A DNA stretch of 64,000 nucleotides from the human T2T-CHM13v2.0 reference genome, Homo sapiens: NCBI GenBank assembly GCA_009914755.4, contig CP068257.2, positions 21,248,001 through 21,312,000 on the forward strand. Direction: 5' to 3'. Within the stretch, counting starts at the first letter, position 1; every line of letters begins with the position of its first letter. The translations under genes and the position numbers were made by a program. The notes beneath the pieces were generated by a model. It made no database searches. It saw only the letters and a list, made by a program, of their open reading frames with translations, and was not told the origin of the DNA. This document shows, in pieces, positions 46,692 to 59,400 of the stretch.

Positions 46692-46890
46692 TGAGTCTTC
46701 TAAATCTTTCTACAAAAGAGTTCTGTCATCCTCAACTCATGATATTAGGGCATTGCTGAATGCAACTTTCAAGGAACCATGCTAGAAGACATCCCAGAAC
46801 ACTATATGTATGTATTATTGATAGAATATTAAATCCTGAGACTAGGAAAGTGCTCTCATGACTTCATGTCAATTAACTTTTTCTTATATA
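46692..46890 (+). repeat. Copy 2 of the about 200-bp direct repeat, in unique-looking context
   Basis: See copy 1. The right flank here continues into non-repetitive sequence (ttcttatatagccatataatctgttgaatctag). Confidence 0.85.
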
Positions 46891-49800
46891 GCCATATAAT
46901 CTGTTGAATCTAGTTCAGCATACTTAGAATATATCCTCACATGTTTTCCATCCTTCTTAGTTATCTCGATCTAGCAACTCTATCAGGGAATAAGCAATTT
47001 TCTTTGGGAGCAGGGGTACAGACTTCTCTCTGCAGTTTATACAGAGGCCTGGCCATAATGATTAGTCTGGATGCAATGAAGATAAGCTGGATAAGACATT
47101 AAAAAAAAAACAAACACCACCAAGGGATATCGGCCTTAGTGAGGTGTTTGTACTGTCTCCAGGCCAGGAAAGGCTGCTTCTGCTTGCAAGAGGAGGGTTA
47201 TTTCTGCTCAAACAGAAATTTCAGAATTGAGGACTGTAAGATTATCCAATGTACTCATACAGATGTCCCGTACTGAATAGTAGGATTCATTTCTTCCCTA
47301 TCGATGCACTGACTCTAAAATAGAAGACATCTCAAAAATATTTAGTCTCTTCTCACTTTTGCTATTGTTATGATTAGTCCTGGGCCTAATTTCTAACACT
47401 ATTTGTCCTATTGTCTTAGACGATAAGGGCTTTTTAAATTGCCAGCATGAAGATTTTCATTGTACTCTCAGGTGATAATTGCCTGAGGTGAACTGGTCAT
47501 TTTTTTTCCAAGGCCAGCAATGTCACAATTTTAATGTTACTATGGAATTCTGGAGATCACAAGCTAGAGTTACTGCTTAACACAAAGGTTTCTCTTCTAC
47601 TTGAAGTTAATCCTAATCTGCTGAAGTTGATATTCTTAGTAGTTGTGATCCTGCAACACATTAAGTGTTATCAGTAACTCACATATCAACAGCAATGGAG
47701 CTTCAGTTGACATAGTCTGATGAGTAAACAAGGATTTGTTATTTGAGTTTATTTCTAGTGCTAAGTACCTTAGGTTGAATTTAGCCAAAAGCAGAAACAT
47801 TGATAAGGTCTTGAATCAAGTTTATGTATTTGGAAGGCTATCGTGGGAAATAAAAATCAAGGAAGGGAGTGAGACAGAGAAGTATGAAAACCCAGAAATG
47901 GTGGGTTATTTAGGTGATTCTGTGGCATTGGCTGTTAGTTATGCTGGGGTCCCTTTAAGAAACTGTGAAATGCCTCTTAAGAACACAGGAGAAGGAAAAG
48001 AGACTGAGACATTTATCTACCAGCGCTGTTGCAGATTGGTTGAGGGTTGTTCACAGGACATTATCTAGCCCACAATCCTAGGTTGCAAGTGTGTGCCTTC
48101 TGAAGATGTTGCTGTGACTTTTAAGAAAGGCTTGAAGCAGAAAAACAAATACATAATGCAGCAGGTTTCTGCTGTGGGCTGCAAGTCAGCATGCTCAGTG
48201 TCATCCACAAAAACTGCAGCTGAAATCAAAGGCAAGCCAAGGGAGGATGTGCCACCGGCCACTAGAAACATCTGCTACATGTGAAATAATTTATTTTAGA
48301 TAATCATGCTGTCATATATTAGAATAATTAGGTAACACATTTAATAATATTTTATCTCCAATTTTAGCACATAATCGCTAAGAAGACAAAGAACTACAAT
48401 ATACATTTGCTAACTTTGCCATTAAAAATAAATTTTGTATAACTACTGTGTATATTTTGATTAGAAATAGTTGCATGTTTTAAAGATTGAAAAGATAATA
48501 TATCTTTATTTTAAAAAAACACAATAAGGAAAGAATAAGGTTAAATATAATTTTGCTAACTCTAAGAAATTTACTTTTTTATTATAACCATGGAAAAAGT
48601 TCTAGTTATTCCTTGATACTTTTGCATTGATGAATTAAAACCATAACCAAAGGTCCTATGTTTCAACTATATGATTTGGAAGATATTTCTCAAACATGCG
48701 TAACCTAAAAAAATTATGACTCATCTTAATATAGGCATATAAAATTATCCTTTTAATTTTTAAACAGATAATGCAATAATTATTATTGCTAGTTTTAAGT
48801 CTGTATATAAATTAAAAACCACAATTTTTAATTAAAATGTATGTCAATTTAACGTTTAATATGAAAGGAATGCTATACATGATATATGTTAATATACTCT
48901 TATCATTACCACTGCAGTGGCAGATATTGTCAAATGTTATTAGATAATCTGCATTTGAAAAAATAAAATATTCCATTTATTTAATTGAAGGTTAGTTCCT
49001 TATAAATACATTTTCGTTATAAGATAATCGGCCTTTTGGGTTTCTCTTGGCTATATACACTGTGAGTACTTTTTAGATTGTCTATTTTACAACATATTTA
49101 TAAAAGTTATATGTTTAATACAGATTTTTGATGTTTGCATATGTTTGTATATATATACATATGTGTATTATTTATGTGTACATAGACTATATATATATAT
49201 ACATATACACATTTGGATGTTACTCATGATGTGTATGTGTGTTTAACCTGTAGTAGCATTAATTTATATGCATGAAATATATAAATAATAAATTTTGGTT
49301 CTTTTGTGTTATATACAGAGGATATTTCCACCTAAAATTTATAAAAATTAACATACATATTTTCTTCTTAATATGCAATTTAATTTAGTGTTTACTATTA
49401 ACATTGTGCCCATTTGTACTTTATTTTTCCATCTAGAATTGGAATTCACTTACCTCAATTGTGTGGGTCAATAAATTGCTTTTATTTTGTAAGCAATTTC
49501 AAGCCCAGTGTTCTGTTATTCGCAACTGAAAAAAAAAATCCTAACTTGTTCTTCTTTAAAATCTCAGCGAATGACTTTAGAAAAATGAGAATGTGTGGTT
49601 CCTTTACCATCCTGCACTCCACAAAAAAAAGATCAGATGTAAATCTGGCAGAGAGGATCAGAACTGGGTGCCTCTCTTGGTTCTTCTCTCTCAGTGTTGA
49701 CTCCATCCACAAACTCTCTTGGTGCTTTTTCAGGTAAGTTCAATTTAAATTAGAAAATGAGATTTTCTATCTTCTAAAACCTACGTCACAATTTATAAGG

Positions 49801-51430
49801 TTAATGTTTTCTTTTCAATTTGATTAAAAACTCTTGGTGAATTCAATAGTTAGGCTCTCATAAATCTGCATAGATAAATATTGGTCCCTCTATATTGGTT
49901 GTAAAATAATTCTGAAAGAAATAATCTTCTATTTGTGTGGAGTTTGTACTATAAAATCTTGTGCAACCTTTAACGCCCTCTTTTTTTCTCTTTGGAAAAG
50001 TGGGTATGGCAGGAGCTTGACGGTAAGTTAATTAGTAGCATAATCTAGTGTCTCTGAAGACAATCATTGAATTTCTCCCAATGGTTCTTTCCATGATATT
50101 TAAGGAAAAGTAGCAGGTATCAGGGAAAGGAAAATATGGTATTAAGTTTATACATTCCTCCTATTTTTCTTTCCTGAAGAGCATAAGAATATACCTGTCT
50201 TTATTGGCTTTGATGTTAAAACTAATTAACTAAAAAAACTTCAAAATTAGGTGTGATTCTATCCCTTTTTCTCAAGTCCCTACATTGATTTATAAAGTAA
50301 ACATTCCCAATGCCAACACTTTCATTAAATTTGATTAGGAAAAATTTGATTTGTGAATGTTGTAATTTTATTTCACTATTAAGGAATTATCTATACCTGC
50401 CTGCTTAACTGCCTATTTCATGTGTCTCTCAGAAAGACTTTTCATGGTTTAAGAAGCAGAAAACCAGGTTGCCTATTCAAAGATTTCTTCATACAATTAG
50501 GAGAGAAAGGCTGAACCTGACAGCCAAGATGTCTTTAATTTAAAAGTCTTCGAGATATTGTTCCTTGGAGAAGGAGAATATTAGTAGGGTCATTTAATAT
50601 GTCACAACTTTTTTTTTTCAATAAACATTGAACCGTACCCTGACCCAGAACTGACTGTGTGCAAAGCATTTTGTCTTGCATCAATTCATAGAGTTTGTGT
50701 TTTAAGTTTGAAAAAATTCCCAAATTTCGAGAACTCTTGTGTTTTTACTACCATATTTAGTCTCTTATGACAAAGCAATAGGTAGTGAATGAGAATCAGC
50801 GTCTAATGAAGTTTTAGCAATGTATTGTTTACATAGTTTACATACTGGAAGCCTGACTAATGAAAGAGTAAATTAATGAATAAGGTAAAGCAAAGATAGC
50901 TAATGTCAACAAAGTCTCCTATATCATCTTTTCTGCATAGAAATAATTTATTATAAAATGCATACTTTTAGAAAGAACAAAGAATAAGGAGAGAATCTTA
51001 CATTCTATGTTTTCTATTTAGCTTAATCTAATTTTGAGTTACTTCTTTCTGGACATGCAAGTTTATACATTTAGTTCAAACATTTCAAAAGGATATCTAA
51101 CAACAGGACTATAAAATTGAAGATTTGAAGATAAGTCATCATAACTACATTTTTGGTCAAGAGCCAATGAAGTAACGTGAAATTCAGTGATTCTTTTCAA
51201 TGTTTACATTTCAATACAATTGCACTGAACACAAAAAGTTATAAAAATGCTTCTTTAATTTAGTAACAATTTAATATAACAGAATTTTCATATAGATGTT
51301 TTTTGAAAAGTGTTGTTTTATGCTCACTACACAATGGAAGTGACATTTAAATCATACTTAAATATTTTTATCAACATTATGATTAAATTTTGTTCTTTCC
51401 TTTGTGACCTCTTTTTGTACTTTGAAATTG

Positions 51431-52855
51431 TTTTCTTTTTCTTTTATTCACTTTATTTTAAGTTCAGGGCGGGGTACGTGTACAGATTTGTTATATAGGT
51501 AAACTCATGTAACAGGGGTTTGTTGTACAGATTACTCCATCACTTGGGTACTAAACCTAGAAGCCAATCATTATTTTTTCTGATCCTCTTCCTCCTACCA
51601 CCTTTCACCCTCTGGTAGGCCCCAGTGTCTTGTTCCCTCTATGTATTCATGTGTTCTCATATTTTAGCTCCCACTTACAAGAGAGAACATGAGGTGTTTG
51701 CTTTTCTCTTGCTGCATTAGTGTGCAGGAAAATGGTCTCCAGCTCCATTCATGTTCCTGCAAAAGAAATGTCCTCATGCTTTTTTATGGCTGCATAGTAA
51801 TCCATGGTGTATATGTTCCATGTTTTCTTCATACAGTCTACTGTTGATGAGCATTTAGGTTAAGTCCTTGTCTTTGCTGTTGTGGCTAGTGCTACAGTGA
51901 AGATACTGTCATTTTTTTATGATAGAATAATGTATATTTCCTTGGGCATATACCCAGTAATGTGATTGTTGGGTTGAATGGTAGTTCTGTTTTTAGGTCT
52001 CTGAGGAATTGCAACACTGTTTTCCACAGTGGTTGAACTAACTTAGATTCCCACGACATTTGATATTAGCTATCTTTGCTTTACCTTATTCATTAGAAAA
52101 AAAATGTTTTTTGTAAAACGAAAGGCATTTCTTTTTCTCTCAGCCTTGCCAGTGCCTGCTATTTTTTGACATTTTAGTACTAGTCATTCTGACCAGTGGG
52201 AGATGGTATCTCATTGTGGTTTTGATTCGCATTTCTCTATTGATCAGTAATGTTGAGCCTTTCCTCATATGATTATTGGCCACATGTATGTCTTCTTTTG
52301 AAAAGTGTCTGTTCATGCCCTTTGCCTACTTTTTAAGGGGTTGTTTGCTTTTTCCTTGTAAATTTGTTTCAGTTCCTTATAGATACTGAATATTAGATCT
52401 TTGTCAGATGCATAGTTTGCAAATTTTTTCTCCATTGTGTAGGTTGTCTGTTTGCTCTGTTGATAGTTTCTTTTGCTGTGCAGAAGCTCTTTAGTTTAAT
52501 TAGATCCCATTCGTCAGTTTTTGCTTTAGTTGAGATGGCGTTTGGTGTCTTCATCATGAAGTCTTTGTCCATTCCTATGCCAATAATGGTATTGCCTGGA
52601 TTGTCTTCCAGGGTTTGTATAGTTTTGGCTTTTACATTTAAGTCTTTAATACATTTTGAGTTGATTTTTGTGTATGGTGGAAGGAATAGAGCCAGTTTCA
52701 ATCTTCTGCATATGATTAGCAAGTTATCTCACATTATTTATTGAATAGGGAGTCCTATTCCCATTGCTTATTTTTGTCAGCTTTCTCGGGTTATTATAGG
52801 TGTGCAGCCTTATTTCTGGGCTCTCTATTCTGTTCCATTTCAATGAAATATCAAT
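51431..52855 (-). mobile_element. Old LINE-1 (L1PB-like) 3' portion of about 1.4 kb in reverse orientation (ORF2 C-terminus plus 3'UTR). It forms arm A of an inverted duplication.
   Basis: The T-rich tail is followed by ...ctttattttaagttcagggcggggtacgtgtacagatttgttatataggtaaactcatgtaacaggggtttgttgtacagattactccatcac ... The minus-strand ORF at 52393-52722 encodes the L1 ORF2 motif ...[70 protein letters not shown]. Confidence 0.9.
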
Positions 52856-52861
52856 TTCATT

Positions 52862-53338
52862 GAGCTGGATTAAAGACTTAAATGTAAAACCAAAAACTAT
52901 ACAAACCCAGGAAGAGAACCTAGGAAATACCATTCTTGGCATAGGAATGCCAAAGATTTCATGATGAAGACACCAAAAGCCATTGCAAGAAAAGCAAAAA
53001 CAGATGAATGGGATCTAATTAAACTAAAGAGCTTCTGCACAGCAAAAGAAACTATCAACAGAGTAAACAGATAACTTACATGATGGAAGAAAAAATTTGC
53101 AAACTATGCATCTGACAAAGGTCTTATATTCAGCATCTTTAAGGCACTTACAGAAATTTACAAAAAAAAGCAAACAACCCCTGAAAAAGTAGGCAAAGGG
53201 CATGAACAGACACTTTTCAAAAGAAGACATACATGTGGCCAATAACCATATGAAAAAAAAGCTCAATATCACTGATCAATAGAGAAATGCAAATCAAAAC
53301 CACAATGAGATACTGTCTCATACCAGTCAGAATGACTT
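52862..53338 (+). mobile_element. LINE-1 ORF2 C-terminal fragment of about 480 bp in forward orientation. It forms arm B, an inverted copy of the L1 segment at about 52190-52665.
   Basis: Sequence runs ...ctggattaaagacttaaatgtaaaaccaaaaactatacaaacccaggaagagaacctaggaaataccattcttggcataggaatgccaaagatttcatgatgaagacaccaaaagccattgcaagaaaagcaaaaacagatgaatgggatctaattaaactaaagagcttctgcacagcaaaagaaactatcaacagagtaaacag ... Its reverse complement aligns at about 90-92% to 52190-52665. Confidence 0.88.
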
Positions 53339-53640
53339 GTTTTGAGACAGAATATATGGTCTATCCTTGAGAATTATCATGTGCTGAGGAAAAGAATATG
53401 TATTCTGTAGTTGTTGGATTAAGTGATCTGTATATATCTGTTAGATCCATTTGGTCTATTGTGTAGATTAAGTCCGATGTTTCCTGATTTTTTGTCTGGA
53501 AGATCTGTTCGGTGCTAAGAGTTGGGGATTGAAGTCTCCAGCTATTATTGTACTGGGGCCTATCTCCCTCTTTAGCTTAATAATATTTGCTTTATATATC
53601 TAGGTGCCCCAATATTGGTTGCATATTTTGAGTTGGGTTT
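53339..53640 (-). mobile_element. LINE-1 ORF2 N-terminal (endonuclease-region) fragment in reverse orientation, contiguous with arm B
   Basis: The sequence aatatatggtctatccttgagaattatcatgtgctgaggaaaagaatatgtattctgtagttgttggattaagtgatctgtatatatctgttagatccatttggtctattgtgtagattaagtccgatgtttcctgatttt...ggggattgaagtctccagctattattgtactggggcctatctccctctttagcttaataatatttgctttatatatctaggtgccccaatattgg is the reverse complement of the L1 ORF2 5' region. Confidence 0.85.
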
Positions 53641-55412
53641 CATTGCTTGTAACCCAAAAGAGAGAAATTTAATACAGGTATTGATATATAACAGAGGGTT
53701 TTGCAAGTGACAAACCTTATAATATAGAATTAGCTGAGCTAATCATGAGGATGGACTGGACACTGCCTCCATTCCCATTGGGTTGTTGGAAACCTCACTG
53801 TATAAAACCCAAACATTGTTATGAAATGTTCTCTGCCATGCCTTGGGATTCAGAATCATTGGACTGAGAATTTTAAGGAATTTTGTAGGACACTTTCCAG
53901 ATGTTTGTTTATTTTGGCTAGTTGTGCCTGTCAACAGGATTAAAAAGGTAGTGTCAGATAGTATTTGGTCATGCAAACAATTATACCAGAAGGTAATTAA
54001 TTTGCATTGTGCATGCATACACCTGGTGGAAAAGGTACTTCTCACCAAGACATACCCGACACATACCTTAAACTCTTCTTCCATCCTGATGTGAAGACTG
54101 TGATGCAATTATTATGTCAGAGCCTAGAAAATTCAAGAGGCTCCACTTCTTTATATGCATACACATTTATATGTATGATATGATATAAAATATGCATCAT
54201 TAATTCTTTTTCAACTCACTGAGATAAAGTAGTTCAATGGCTAGATAGCAATCATGATAATGTTGAATTTTTTCAGAAAAAAAGCAAAGTTGTATTGGAT
54301 CAAGTTCATCCAGAATCCAGGCAATGCCTTTGCTACAGACATATTTATAACTTAACACTTTTGCAAGAATTTTTCAGGGACACTCTCTCATTGACTGGTG
54401 GCAGAATGTAACAGTATTAATGGACATAAGAGCTTAGGTCCTCTTGTGAGAAAGTGATAAATGGTCTTATTTCTTTCGGTTCCATTGTTCAGTATATCTC
54501 TTTGAGTAAATGCTGAAGACTGTAATAAATTCTCATCATATTTCCAGAACCTCTTCTTTATAGTGAAGGTTGTTTGGATATGAGCTTGCCAGCACTTTCC
54601 AATAAAACTTCACTGTCAAAACGTCAATTAAAGTAAAATTTGTCAGTTTGTCTAAAAGTTGGATTAATGTTAATCACGTCCTGAAATAGATGCCTACTTT
54701 GATGTGTGGTTTAAAAAAATTAAGGATTATTGCACTTCTAGAAATATATTCATTTTCTTCATGTCTTATTTTTCAAAGAACTTCCAGCATAGCACAATAT
54801 TATTTTTTTCTTTAAATTTTATATATTCTATAAATATCACTGCACTAAGTGGTAAAAACTATTTTATTTTATTCAAAAAATAAAGTTTCATCACCTATCA
54901 CTACCTATACATATATATAGTGATAGATAATCAATATAGACATAGAAATAGATATAGTTGATATAGGTATAGATGTAGACATAGACATAAAGAGTGTGAA
55001 TGAAACTGCAGGCTTTTCACATTCTTAATTATGTAAGTGCTCTTACTATTACAACTTTGTCAGGCAAACACAAATTAAACCTAACTTATTACCATTGCAA
55101 ATTCTGAGATTACAAGAAGATTTGAATCTTGACTTTGACACCCAATAGCTCTATGATGCTGGACAAGTTGTGGAACTTCTATAAACTTCATTTTCTTAAC
55201 CTAAATAATAGATATATAATGGTTTAATATGAAAAATAATTGACATAAATTATTCAAAGCTGTTGGAAGAGCCCTGGTTACCTAATAAATAGCCATAAAT
55301 ATTGGTTGATTGCATTGTCACCACTGTTGTAAATCTTTTTATTGTTACTATGAAATATATCTTAGCCACTCAGCCACAAATTATATACATATGTATATAT
55401 ACCAAGATGGAA

Positions 55413-55445
55413 TACACACACACACATGCACACACACATGTACAT
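55413..55445. repeat. (CA)n-rich imperfect microsatellite
   Basis: The run acacacacacacatgcacacacacatgtaca is directly visible. Confidence 0.8.
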
Positions 55446-56855
55446 AATATTTCAAGGATGTGGCTGGTGATTTTCTATTATAGCAAAATTACATATTCAT
55501 AAACTGACAGTTTCTTAAAGTTGTATATTATTTATAGATTCCACATTCATGTTACTTTGTGAAATTAAGATGTTATGCCCATCTGAAATTTTAATACTTA
55601 AGGGTATACTTTTCTTTTTACATAGACAATTTAGAATAATAAAACTAGATTTAAAATTTTAAACCAGAGATTTTGGTAGAATCTGGTGGGAGTTCTATCC
55701 CTCCTACTGCCTGGCCATGAGATCTCAGGGATGCATGTATTTTGTCTGAATCAAAAACCTACTTAGTACCATCATGAGTACTGCAAATGTGGCATTATGT
55801 GCCATTATAAGACTCCCAACAGAGTCTGAATTTCCAAATATATTTGTATGTTTAAAATAAACTTTAAAAACTCTACTGATAAAATAAGTTGAAAACTTGA
55901 AAATTGTAAATGTTAAAAAGTAAGAATAAAGGCCATGAATTCCTCCACTAGAGAAAACCCTTGCTAAAATCGTAGGTCATGTCTTTCCAATCCTTCTGTG
56001 GATCCAAAAACGTGTTTCCTTCAATCAGACACTGGGCAGGTAAGAAACATGATGTTTGTATCTTTTGAAAATTATAAAGAACTTGCAACCAAAAAACTTG
56101 CATTGAGTTATTTAAGATTTATACATTTCAATAATTTAAACCACAGTTCCAAATAGCCTCACATGCTTCTACCTCCAAAGGCCTTCTCTTTTGTTCCCAC
56201 ACTACACTTTCTGTCTTAATATCCTCCTTTCTCAACTCTGCCCTTTCCAGAAATTTTTGTCTTAAGGAACTCAGGAAAATTTTTCTTTCCATGTCTCTGT
56301 GGCTAAAAAGACAGACAATTAACCTTTAAATTACGCTTTTCTTGTAAAATCTGCTTGAATTACTTTTTATTTATTCAATGATCAGTGGAATTTTACATTA
56401 TTATTAATTTTTATATTGTGAGAGAGTGTCTTATCAACCCAAATTATAAAGATAATCACAGATAATTATAAGATTTGCATGTACTGAGTTTATGGGCACT
56501 ATTATTTTTCTAAATTCTTAAAAAAGTTATATATTAATTTTTCTAAACAGAAAATAATATCTTAAAATAATCTTTAGAAATGTAAACACCCCTTGAGTTG
56601 TCAAATCCTTTTAGGGAAAAAAAAATTTATCCCAAGGAGAAAAATATCAACATAGTGCAACACTATTTCTCACCAAGGATGTTCTTTATGGAAACTATGT
56701 AGCTTTTAATGTTGATACTAGCCTCATGAGTCAATAAGAAACACTGTGTTTAGTTTAAAGGGGTGAAGTAACCCAAAGCAAAGACAGATTTTTTTTTTTA
56801 ATTTTGTTGAGAAACAAGTTTTCTGAATATGATGAACTCAGGGGAAAGTTGTCAA

Positions 56856-57164
56856 GTTTTTTGTTTGTTTGTTTGTTTTGTTTTTTTAGACAGTCTTGCT
56901 CTGATGCCCCAGGCTGGAGTGCAGTGATGGATTGGCTCACCCTGCAACCTTTGCCTCCCGGATTCAAGCAATTCTCCTGTCTCAGCCTCCCGAGTAGCTG
57001 GGACTACAGGCACAGGCCACCATGCCTGGCTAATATTTGTATTTTTAGTAGAGACAGGGTTTCACCATATTGGTCAGGCTGATCTTGAACTCCTGACCTC
57101 AGGTGATACGCCTGCCTCAGCCTCCCAGTGTTGGGATTACAGGCATGAACCGCCATGCCAGGCC
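56856..57164 (-). mobile_element. Full-length Alu (AluS-like) in reverse orientation with a (TTTG)n-type T-rich tail
   Basis: The tail gttttttgtttgtttgtttgttttgtttttttag is followed by acagtcttgctctgatgccccaggctggagtgcagtgatgg ... cctcccagtgttgggattacaggcatgaaccgccatgccaggcc. Confidence 0.95.
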
Positions 57165-58826
57165 TGTCAAAACTTTTGTGTAAATCGGTCCCTCTGTTCA
57201 ACATGCAATTCTTCCTTAAAATGTAGTATATTTTAATACATTACTTTGTTATGTTTTGTCATCATTTTGATTTTATCTTCTTCCAATGTAATTTTTTTAA
57301 ATAATAAAATTTAATATATATCAAGTAGCATATCTTCAGTTCCTGGAGCCTAGAGCTTTCACCTTCTTGTTGGATTAAACAAAATATTTAAAAAGCCTCA
57401 GCAGTTGGAGGAGTTTATTCAATAAATGCATATGTTTATTAATGTGTTGTTTCTGAAGCTTTTCCTTTGATGATCTCTTACCCACATCTTTACTTAACAT
57501 CATATGATCCAATGTAACACATCCTTATTTGAAATATTGTGTATTGTAATAGTTATAACCAATTGTGACTAAAATTAATTTTTAAAAGGAGAAAATGCTA
57601 TAAAGCATGCCAAATTATTATTATACAGTTCATATAATCTGTCTTCTACTTGCCAATACATGCCATATTTAATCTTTTGAACATTAGAATTTGATATTAA
57701 AAAATTTCATATTGGAGTACCATGGTTGTAAGAAAAATTTCTCCAGGTCAAATAAAAAAATGTATTAGTGTAAGAAAAAGAGCCTGTTCTTTAATGTTTA
57801 CTAGCTCAATATTGGCTTACTTTCTCAATCACTGGAACTTTCTACTTTAGGAACTGGTGGTATGGTCAAGAACATTACTCTTTACTGTTAGGGGTTTAAA
57901 AAATTCTCCTTACAGTTTCTCTGCTCAAATATTTCTCTTTGGAAAACTTTTTAAATTATTGTCACTTTTATATTTTTTTAACCAGATTGGAACTTACAGT
58001 CTATTATCATTATCTGCTCATACAATTTTCTAAAATTCACTTGAGGTGCAGGTTTTCATTCATTTAATTGTGAAATTCTGATCAGCCTCAAACTAGAGTC
58101 TAATAAATCAAAATAACCAATATATTGGCTTATCAAAAAGAAAATGGACTGCCATAAATTTCTCTTCTCTTTGTATGTATGAACCACCCTACTTCACTCA
58201 TCTAGAGATTAAGTTCAAACCTCTACCACACTGAATCAGTGCTGCACTGACCAAAAACATATAGCAGCAGTGACACAAAACCTGTCCTTCAAGACGGTTT
58301 CTGTTACTATGTCTTATCATAGAGGCTTAAACTTTCACATTAGAGGTTTGTACTGGAAAGAAATGACATAGGCAGGAGTGTGGAAGCATAAGAAATTAAG
58401 AAAAAATATGGTCTAATCTTATTAAGGTTTCAGGTTGTTATCTGCCCTATACCCCCTGCCCTTCATTGCTACCAATAATTTATTCCAAGTGCCTACAAAA
58501 GGACCTGGTCCAAGATGGGATGAATAAATAACTGCTGGCATCACAAGAAATAACTATTCTAAAATAAACCCATTTCATTTTCTGAAATCTGCATATAAAT
58601 ATACCAGGTTCTGTGACCTACAATGGAAATTATTTTCTATTCTTCAGCAGGCATTACAAAGTATAACTCCTCACCAACACTAAACATCAGTCCTCACCAA
58701 AACTCCCGCCTTTTCCCTTTGGCCTAATTCATGAAATTAATAGTCAGACACATATTTTTCTTGTTAATGAAGATCCTCTTTCTATAAATATTTTGATTGC
58801 ACATATTTACTTTAAAATGTAGTTTA

Positions 58827-59113
<287 letters not shown>

Positions 59114-59400
59114 AGTTTAGTTTCTAGAATAATTGTTCAAAGAACTATTTTCTTTCGCTGTTGTAGTGCGTCATATACCCCTCTCTCATTCAAGTATTTC
59201 TACCCTTAAAAAATAATTTTTTCTTGAATCTACCTTACTCTCAGAACTTTACCTCTTTTTTTCTTCATTTATTTGGTAGCCAAATCTCTTTATTTTACTT
59301 TATTCCTGGCACTTATTATAACTAGTTAGGCTATCTCTTTATTTCAAGAGCTTTTAGGATGCTGGCAATTAAATGAAACCTGTCTTTTTTTTTTTTTTTT

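Noticed and set aside
47736-48284. ORFs of 110 aa and 63 aa in unique sequence as a possible small gene
   Set aside because: Neither has a recognisable domain or compositional bias, there are no splice signals or poly-A signal, and their overlapping opposite-strand ORFs are of similar length, as expected by chance in AT-poor stretches.
51431-53640. Twin-priming as the explanation for the sense/antisense L1 arrangement
   Set aside because: Twin priming yields adjacent, non-overlapping L1 coordinate blocks with the inverted block 5' of the sense block. Here the inverted arm duplicates coordinates already present in the sense arm, and a further sense fragment lies beyond it. The arrangement was therefore reported instead as an inverted duplication or complex rearrangement.
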